DNA of 62,857 nucleotides, the filler included, from Collodictyon triciliatum (Eukaryota), in assembly GCA_043381765.1 (NCBI GenBank). It is 20 parts of 20 records of this genome, joined end to end, with 100 filler letters (N's around TTAATTAATTAA, not from the genome) between each part and the next. Parts side by side here need not be neighbours in the genome. Positions count along the whole stretch, not along the records: positions 53,527 to 56,569 come from JBHJMP010007872.1; positions 56,670 to 59,714 come from JBHJMP010007873.1; positions 59,815 to 62,857 come from JBHJMP010007874.1; 17 more parts are not named here. The stretch is one strand, 5' to 3'. The translations under genes were made by a program, and so were the position numbers. The notes beneath the pieces are model-generated. The model did not search any database, was not told where the DNA came from, and saw nothing but the letters and a program-made list of their open reading frames with translations. This document shows positions 54,950 to 62,857 of this stretch, piece after piece. Position 1 is the stretch's first letter, and each line of letters begins with the position of its first letter.

Positions 54950-56400
54950 CGCATATTGCTAGGCCGCATCATTTGAAAGGTTACGTTGTTTCGGAGTAAG
55001 AGGGTAATGTGCTGAACAAACTCCAGAACAGGCTTATCGTTTCTACGTTGTGAAAATAATTATGCGGTTTGTAGATAGTCTCCAATAAGTACCAAGAGGA
55101 GAAATATAAAAGGCTCTGACGATGAAAAACATTGTAAAAGAAGATACAGATGGTATCCGATAATCGTTGCTAAAATGAATGAATGAGACAAACCCGAAAC
55201 AATTTATGTACAAGCAAATTATGTTCTTTTCTACTTCGATGATGAGACTTACCGTTTCTTCCCGTCTGAAGACAACACAACAAGGGTTAGCCGTGATTCC
55301 ACAGGGCGTACATAATAAGTTGTCGACAACTTCCTATCAAAAAATGGGGGTGGGTTGACCTGTCGTGTCATGAAGAATTAAGCGTGATTCAAATTCCCAG
55401 AGCATATTTATCAGCCTTATGTTACAGCACACGATATATTCGCTTCCTTTCCATTTTTTTTTAAAATCCATTAAAGTTTCACTCACGTTTGCGCCAGGGT
55501 CCACCGGGTCACTCTCAGAAATCAGACTGATAAGACTAGGAAGGTATTTCTGGATAGTATAGTCCTGTGTATTACGAGCACTGATTGTTAAAATAAACAA
55601 CGACAATCTACATTCGAAAGATGTACTTGCATAGAAAATGAAAAACTCGTTCGTTATGTTCATTTCTAGTAATTGACCAAAATCGATAGATTTATGAATA
55701 TTTGAGATATGAGTATGATTTGATACAAGCACAAACATGCGGGTGCTGAAAGACAACAGGATACGACTTTATCCCAGTGAGAGCTTCGTAAGGTTCTAAA
55801 GGGTCAGGACATTTGTAGCCACTACATATTCATAACATTGCCGCATACGAATAGAAAGGTTATATGAACATCAAGATGTATAATTAAAAAATAAATTATA
55901 TAAAATTGTACTCCTCATGATATTCGATTCCGTCCGTTTTGAGAATGAAACAGATACACGATACATCATTTTTCTCCACAAAAGAGGTAACCCTAGGGAT
56001 TCATATTGGGTTTATATTTTCATGAATAACGCAACAAGGACAGTCAGAGTCGTAATCATAGATTTGTAGTTTATTTATAGTAAAACTGTTTGAACAAATG
56101 AGACTTTCTGTATGTACGCACATTTCGTGGTAATCAAGCGGTGATTTGTGGGAGAGTAATCGGTGTTCTGGGCTTAAAGTGTCATTTCTTTTCTTTAAAT
56201 TCACGTAGTAGTACAGCGACTAAAAAAAATAATGTAAAATGTTATAATGCAAAATTACATGAATAATCAATCAATAAACGAAAGTACGAAAGATTTGATC
56301 ACAGCACAAACCAATTTTGAAAATAGAGCATGATAAAAGAAGTCCAGCCAATTAACAACATGATTGGAACTAAGAGTCTTTTCGTCAATTTTCTATGAAA
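54950..56400 (-). CDS. 3' exons of an unidentified multi-exon gene
   Basis: Open exon-like segments between AT-rich introns (NHVVNWLDFFYHALFSK; DYTIQKYLPSLISLISESDPVDPG; EVVDNLLCTPCGITANPCCVVFRREE). Confidence 0.35.
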
Positions 56401-56685
56401 ATCAAAATGTATTTTCTTACTACCGGTCAATTTAAAAATTAGACTTGAGTGTAGCAGGCAAATAAAAAAATAAAAAAATAAAATAAAAAAATAAAATAAA
56501 AAAATAAAATAAAAAAATAAAATAAAAAAATAAAATAAAAAAATAAAATAAAAAAATAAAATAAAAAAANNNNNNNNNNNNNNNNNNNNNNNNNNNNNNN
56601 NNNNNNNNNNNNNTTAATTAATTAANNNNNNNNNNNNNNNNNNNNNNNNNNNNNNNNNNNNNNNNNNNNAAAGATAAAGATAAAT

Positions 56686-56806
56686 GTGAAGGGTGAAGGG
56701 TGAAGGGTGAAGGGTGAAGGGTGAAGGGTGAAGGGTGAAGGGTGAAGGGTGAAGGGTGAAGGGTGAAGGGTGAAAGGTGAAGGGTGAAGGGTGAAGGGTG
56801 AAGGTG
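56686..56806 (+). repeat. (TGAAGGG)n heptamer repeat
   Basis: About 17 near-perfect units, inside an intron of the cyclase gene. Confidence 0.93.
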
Positions 56807-56879
56807 AATGGATGAATAGAGTCTACTATACACTTTATCTTTTGTTTCCTGTTTCAACACAAAAGGAAAGAAAAGCTTA

Positions 56880-57843
56880 CGATGTTATGGACGCAAACAT
56901 GAAGGAGGCGTTCTCATATTGCTTGACAGATGAGTAATATCTGGACACATGATTGGTATCTCCGACCTACAAACAAAAGTATCAATCATCCGCCATTGAA
57001 ACGGGGCATTTTTATCAGAGGATGTCAGCCGATTGGAAGAGTTTTTTCTTCTCTTTCGTGCGTGTACAGACCTCTCGTGCCACCAAATCGCAAAGCTCGT
57101 CAACCATAGAAGCAGGGACAATACAGCTAAAGATTGAGAGTCAGTTGGGTCTAAAAGAAATAGAGATGCAAATCTGAGACTCGGGTATAGATAGAGGATT
57201 ACTTTGCGATCTTCTTAATCCTTTTGTGCTCTTCGTTTGCCCTCTGTCTCTCAAATAACAATGCCATTTTCTTTGCGAAGGACACTCGCATGTCGCGAAT
57301 AAAATATCTAGACAGGACAAGCATGCAGAATCCATGGACAAGGAGAATCAACGAACCAGCAAAAGCATCAAATAGGTTGGTAAAGAGAGAAGACAACACA
57401 AACAAGCTGAGGTCAAACATGACTATTTGTGATAAGCACTGAATGAAGCTTAGCCTTTGGACACCAGTAACATATATGTTGACCGCTATGAAACTCATTG
57501 GAGGTAAAGTAAACTTCAACCGATATCGATTTATCAAGAGGTATGCAGTGGCAATAAATACAAATCCAGAGAGAAGTATTCTTTTGACTATCAAGGACTT
57601 GACAACTTTGTGAGGCAATAATGTGATCAATACCATAAGAACGGTGAGCAGGACATTTGGAATAGCATATGATTGCATATCACTGAGCTGCGACAGGAGA
57701 CTGAATATAAAGAATAATATACAGAGGCTATTTGCCTGTCTGATACGTTTGTAAGCGGACTCTATGTCATAATGGTAGTATTGCATCTCTTCTTGAGGAT
57801 TTTCAAATTGAAGCTTCCAAGTGAACTTGGGTGTTTGGAATCT
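56880..57843 (-). CDS. Membrane adenylyl/guanylyl cyclase (class III): TM block plus start of a catalytic domain; partial
   Basis: KLQFENPQEEMQY, about 6 hydrophobic segments, coiled-coil RVSFAKKMALLFERQRANEEHKRIKKI, then IVPASMVDEL and KQYENASFMFASI. This is the M2-C2 junction layout. Confidence 0.7.
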
Positions 57844-59814
57844 ATTGCGAGATTAATGCATTTTTTAGAGACATTTTAATTGGGGATGATAACAAGCAGC
57901 ATTTAGTCATTTTTATTGCCTTTTTTAAAATGATTTCTTGATTAATATGAAGACCCACTCTGGCAACGAATATTTAGCCCAAGAAGCAAACTTTGCAGAA
58001 AACAGAAAGGCGCTATCGTTCTCGCTATTTTGCATCAAACATAAGAATGTGGTTACTTGTTTATGCATCTAATCGAAAAGATCGAAGTGGGGTTGGATGA
58101 CNNNNNNNNNNNNNNNNNNNNNNNNNNNNNNNNNNNNNNNNNNNNNNNNNNNNNNNNNNNNNNNNNNNNNNNNNNNNNNNNNNNNNNNNNNNNNNNNNNN
58201 NNNNNNNNNNNNNNNNNNNNNNNNNNNNNNNNNNNNNNNNNNNNNNNNNNNNNNNNNNNNNNNNNNNNNNNNNNNNNNNNNNNNNNNNNNNNNNNNNNNN
58301 NNNNNNNNNNNNNNNNNNNNNNNNNNNNNNNNNNNNNNNNNNNNNNNNNNNNNNNNNNNNNNNNNNNNNNNNNNNNNNNNNNNNNNAAGAAAAAAAGAAA
58401 AGAAAATATCAGTAACGGCAGCGCACAGTTTCCGCAACCACTCACATGCGAATTGAATTGATGTCCAGCAACTCCTTCTCCTCCGTCCTGTACTGCTGCA
58501 GCTGAAGGCGTTGGCCGTGCGCAACCGACCTGATTATAGAGGCTCTTTCTTGGGACGCTGGACTCTCGCCTCACACGTCCGCCGCAACCTGAGTGGGGGC
58601 GCCTGAGCAAAGAAAACACATGTCTTTTGGGGGGGTGCGAATAATTTCGTGTTTTTCTGTTCCGAAAGGTTTCCTTTTAAAATTAACCTCCGGTTTGGCA
58701 CAAATGCGTCCCAAAATACTTTCAACCGTGTGTTTGTGGATTTGTTTGTTTGCACAAGACAGAGTCCTCGAAGGTTGTTCCATTGCCATACCGCACAATG
58801 TGAATAGATGTAGTGATCGCACTGGGAGGGACAGAGTTGTGAGGAACAATAAAAAAAAAACACACACAATGAACAAGAAAAAAAATCTGTTTTGTTGAGA
58901 AACAATGAATATACTGAGAGACAATAAGGACGCATTCTCCAGATAATCATAGTATTACACTGCGTTCTTTCCTTCCTTCTTCTCCCAGCTCACCACATTC
59001 TTAGGCCGGAAAAAAAAACACGCAAGCGACCGGAAAGAGGGATCCTGAGACGGACGAGACCGCCTACCACAGAATGCCTCGTGGAAGGCCTGCTGACTGA
59101 ACGTAGACAGGGAAGGCTGACGCAACTAACCCAGAGAGCAAAAAGGTCACTTGACCGCATCCCTTACAACACAGGTTATTCACCGAGACACACCGACGAT
59201 CAAGACGCCAGCTCCCACCGACCTGTGAGTACAACAACCTACTAATAAGACAGAGTGAGCTATTTGAAACGAATAATTATAATTATAATGATAATGATAA
59301 TGATAATGTTAATGATAATGTTAATGATAATGTTAATGATAATGATAATGATAATAAAGGTGATAAAAATACCTATCGAGCTCTAGCCATCGATCCACTT
59401 GTAGCAAGATAATTATGAATATAGTGTCCAGTATTGGTTGCTCTGATTAATATATATTTAGCTTTTTCTTTAGCTTTTTCTTTTTCTTTTCTTTTTCTTT
59501 CCCTTTTTCTTTCCCTTTTTCTTTCCCTTTTTCTTTCCCTTTTTCTTTCCCTTTTTCTTTCCCTTTTTCTTTCCCCTTTTCTTTTTTCTTCCCCTTTTCT
59601 TTTCTTTTCTTTTCTTTTCTTTTCTTTTCTTTTCTTTTCTTTTCTTTTCTTTTCTTTTCTTTTTTCTTCCCCTTTTCTTTTCTTTTCTTTTCTTTTCTTT
59701 TCTTTTCTTTTCTTNNNNNNNNNNNNNNNNNNNNNNNNNNNNNNNNNNNNNNNNNNNNTTAATTAATTAANNNNNNNNNNNNNNNNNNNNNNNNNNNNNN
59801 NNNNNNNNNNNNNN

Positions 59815-60096
59815 TATGCAGCGGCCAGGAATAATCTCTCTGAAGCGAGGATTGAGTTTGGCTATCCATTTCTTGCATAAAAACGCTACACCTGCATGTC
59901 TCTGTTGATTATCATCACAGGAATACATTTGTGGACCTTTCCATATTTCATCATTGGTTAGATTGTCAGGGCTGAGCCATGTTTCTTGGAGGCAAATGAT
60001 ATCTGCGTGAGAGAAAAGAGCAGTGTTTAGGGCCTCTTTTCTTTTTTGGGGGTCGTTAATCCCCCTAAAGTTCCACGACAGAACGTTAAAACGCAT
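59815..60096 (-). CDS. LINE ORF2 N-terminus, apurinic-like (EEP) endonuclease, partial
   Basis: VLSWNFRGIND..KR, ADIICLQETWL, AGVAFL and IIPGRCI are the canonical L1 endonuclease motifs. Confidence 0.9.
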
Positions 60097-60103
60097 ATAA
60101 AAT

Positions 60104-62086
60104 CTATTGGCTTTTGGAGGCCGTAGCCTCCGGTGGTTTGCCCTCTTCGCTGGAGCTGGGTTGCTCAGGGTGGGATGGTTTACTCGGGGTGTCCTTCATT
60201 TGGCCGGTGTTATGATTGCTCGCGGCTCGGCCAGGATTTGTCGTATGGTCTTGGGCTTCGGGCTACAGCCCCTTTGTAGCTGGCGTGTTGGGAGATGCAC
60301 TCTGTCGGTCACAAGTACCCCTCGGTTCCAATTTTTCCCCCTCACCCACGCGGCAGGCAGGGCTAACCATGTTTCCGCTTTCATTCTGGCTTGCTTTCTG
60401 GCTCGCTATATTCGGTGGTGTGCTTGACTGATTCATTCTCTTTTCATCGGACGAGGCTTTATCTTCGACGGTTTCGTTCTTTTTTGGTGCGCCAGTGATT
60501 GTAGGATGAATAACCGGTGTTTTATATTCGTCTACGTTTCTTTTTCTTGGATATGAAGGTGATTCCAGCTGGGGAGTCGCAAAAGTTTCGACAGTAGGTC
60601 TGTTTTCATAAAAAGTACTTGAGGAGTAATTTGTTGTTCCCGAAGCTTCGAGGTGCTCACTTTCTTCTTCAGCAGAACCTTCTATGATGACGACAGGTTG
60701 GATGGACTGATGTTCCTCCAATCCCGAGTCTGGGATGTCGCTTCTTATGGATTGCGCAATAATTGCTGAAGAAAGAGTCTCTTGGGTGGTTCCAGGAGCC
60801 ATGACCTCTAAGGAGGCAGGCGGGTGTGGTTTGCTGGGTGTCATTATGCTGTTTCCCGATTCTGTTACCGAGTTGGCTTGGGCTTCCCTTTCTTCTGCGT
60901 CCTCTCCATGGTTTAAAGTAGAGCTTGGTGAGATATCATCGGCTTGAGGTGGTTGGTAATCTCGGAGACTAGCGATGTTTCCTCCACTTCCTCGAAGCCA
61001 TTCCACGATTGATATTGCTTCCTCCGTGTTCATCGGTGAACTTGACGCACTTTCGGGAAGATCGCCTGATGATTCGTCCATTATTTCGATATTCATTTCT
61101 TGATTTTGGGGCCGCTCCTGAACCTTTGTCTTGATTAAGACTTCGAGCACATCATCCACGGACGTCTTGTCGCGATTTCTCCCTCTGACATTTGAGGACG
61201 ACGCGCCTTGATTTTGGCCTTGTTGTTGGGTTCTGGGCTTGTTTTGCACAGACGATTCCTGCACGGTTGGCCAGTCTTTAGCGCTGAAGTCGGCTACTTC
61301 TTTGTTGAAGCCCGAGAAGCGAGTGGTGGCGTTTTGTTTTTTGGTGGCCGCCTGATTGGTGGTGATTTTTTGTGGTTTGACCTTGTGTGTCATACCCTTC
61401 TTTGTTGGGGAGGGTTTTTTTTCCCTTTATTCGATTCAAAGTTTGTTGGGGAGAGTTGATGGGATGTCAGACTCTTTGAGGGCGCGTATCTCCACGCGAC
61501 AGCGTTTGCCATGAATGACGACAAAGTGAGGTATTTTCCCCAATTCTTCCTGTACTTTGTCATAAGTAACGAGTGCATCATTCACGCGTATTCCTCCAAT
61601 CTTTGTCCAGTTAACTTTGATTTATGATGAAGTATTCGCTGCAGGCCTTAAAAATGTCAGTCCAGCTGACCCCCAGCGGTATGTTAGACAGGTGCGCAAC
61701 CTTTGTGACGGTTTTTGCTGGCATGGGAGTGTATTGGAGATTGAAGAGCTGGAAAGATCTCCTCTTTAATGTAGGCGGCTGCGTTTTCTTTTCTTGGGAA
61801 GGCGATCCTGAGTCCGAGGGCAGGGCTGTCCACCATTAGAGTCACGTCCTTCTCGAAGCACTTTCGGGCTTCCATAACCTCCCGCAGTTGCTTGCATATA
61901 TTACTACGGTTTGCGAAAGAGAGAACCGGCCATTGCTTGCCCCGAAGGCGGACAAAGCAGTCTTCATCTTTGAAGAGTTCGTTCTCAATCGCACTTTTTG
62001 ATCGCGGCATGTCAGCCACGATGGTCGATCGGGAGGTTCTGCTTCCCGATTCAAGCTCGACCCTGCACGAGGCTGACTGTCGCCAT
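60104..62086 (-). pseudogene. LINE ORF1 (gag-like), with stops and frameshifts
   Basis: EPPDRPSW(A)DM near the N-terminus, then KIGGIRVNDALVTYDKV.EELGKIPHFVVIHGKRCRVEI and a long disordered tail. Premature TAG at 60263-60265 is in frame with the terminal TAG at 60104-60106. Confidence 0.7.
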
Positions 62087-62857
62087 TACAGTTCTGGTCT
62101 CACTGAAGTCCATCGATGGTTGAATTAAGCCAGCCGAGATCGAAGAGCTCTCTTTGATTAGGTAGTGTTAGCTACTTGATCGGTTTAAACAACTTTTGAA
62201 GGCTTGAAAGCATCTTGCAATACAGCTTCCTGAACAGCCTGTTGAAACACGCCGGCATTCCTCGCTGCTCTGACCGCAAGCGAAGAGAGATGTGGGAATG
62301 TGTCGTGAGATATCTCCCACAGGATATCCAACCACTGCTACCCACGCAGCCAATCAACCAGTTAGTACTCTATCCCACTTCCGACCGCACAACCCTAAGT
62401 CCACCCTAATGCAGCTGAGGAGGGTATCGCAAGGCGTATCGCGAAGAGATTCAGGGCGAGCAGCAGGGTTGAATCGGATTGTGCCCTGAAGCCCTGGCTG
62501 CTTTTGTGTGTTTCCTTTCTTCCAAGAAAGAGCCTGTCGGCGCAATGTCAGTTACCATTCGGTTTGGCAACAAAGGGATATAGCCGAGTGGAGATGAGGC
62601 CACAAACACATCCTCCTATAAAGTCAGCTTAACCCGCAAACCGACCGCCAACACAAACAGGTGTCAATGAAATACGGAGGAGAGAAGGAAGAAACAGGGG
62701 AAGGAGCTCGAAAAGCATTGAACGAACAAATGTAAGGCAGCGACGAAGGAAAAAAAAAAAATAACAAAAGAGAATCAAAGAAAAAGGAGCGAGGTATTCC
62801 TAACTTTTCTCGCCCTCAATCGAAAGGAATTCTTGTCATGGAAATCGAAAGTTTGAC

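Larger units (their letters stand above)
59815..62700 (-). mobile_element. 5' part of an L1/Tx1-type LINE (5'UTR, ORF1, start of ORF2), cut by the contig end
   Basis: A long disrupted ORF1 is followed 7 nt later by an APE-endonuclease ORF2. The region is intron-free. The 5' boundary is approximate. Confidence 0.8.

Noticed and set aside
58387-59230. GC-richer island after the 285-N gap as an RNA gene or element end
   Set aside because: No recognisable RNA motif, terminal repeat or protein motif, so it is left unannotated.

Overview
Eukaryotic (protist-like) DNA with many introns, many microsatellites and the standard genetic code. The window is not one locus. It is 20 unplaced contigs of about 3.04-3.06 kb, ordered almost strictly by decreasing length and joined by 100-nt N44-TTAATTAATTAA-N44 linkers, so adjacency across linkers carries no meaning. 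Host genes, mostly partial and multi-exon: FG-GAP beta-propeller, OXLD1-like, DYRKP-type kinase, Myb factor, MFSD4-like transporter, LRR protein, kinesin-6, SET-MYND, WD40 proteins, homoisocitrate dehydrogenase, NHL-repeat protein, WDR27-like and a membrane adenylyl cyclase. There are also two L1/Tx1-type LINE fragments. The main finding is two independently decayed copies (19011-21724 +, 41105-43827 -) of one element encoding a Fanzor1-type (TnpB-derived, RNA-guided RuvC) nuclease. Both copies keep an omegaRNA-like 3' stem-loop, end in hairpin+CTAG|T (Helitron-like), and share a ~700-bp upstream module that looks like a divergent spliced gene remnant next to a microsatellite. All calls are by-eye motif recognition and no searches were run.
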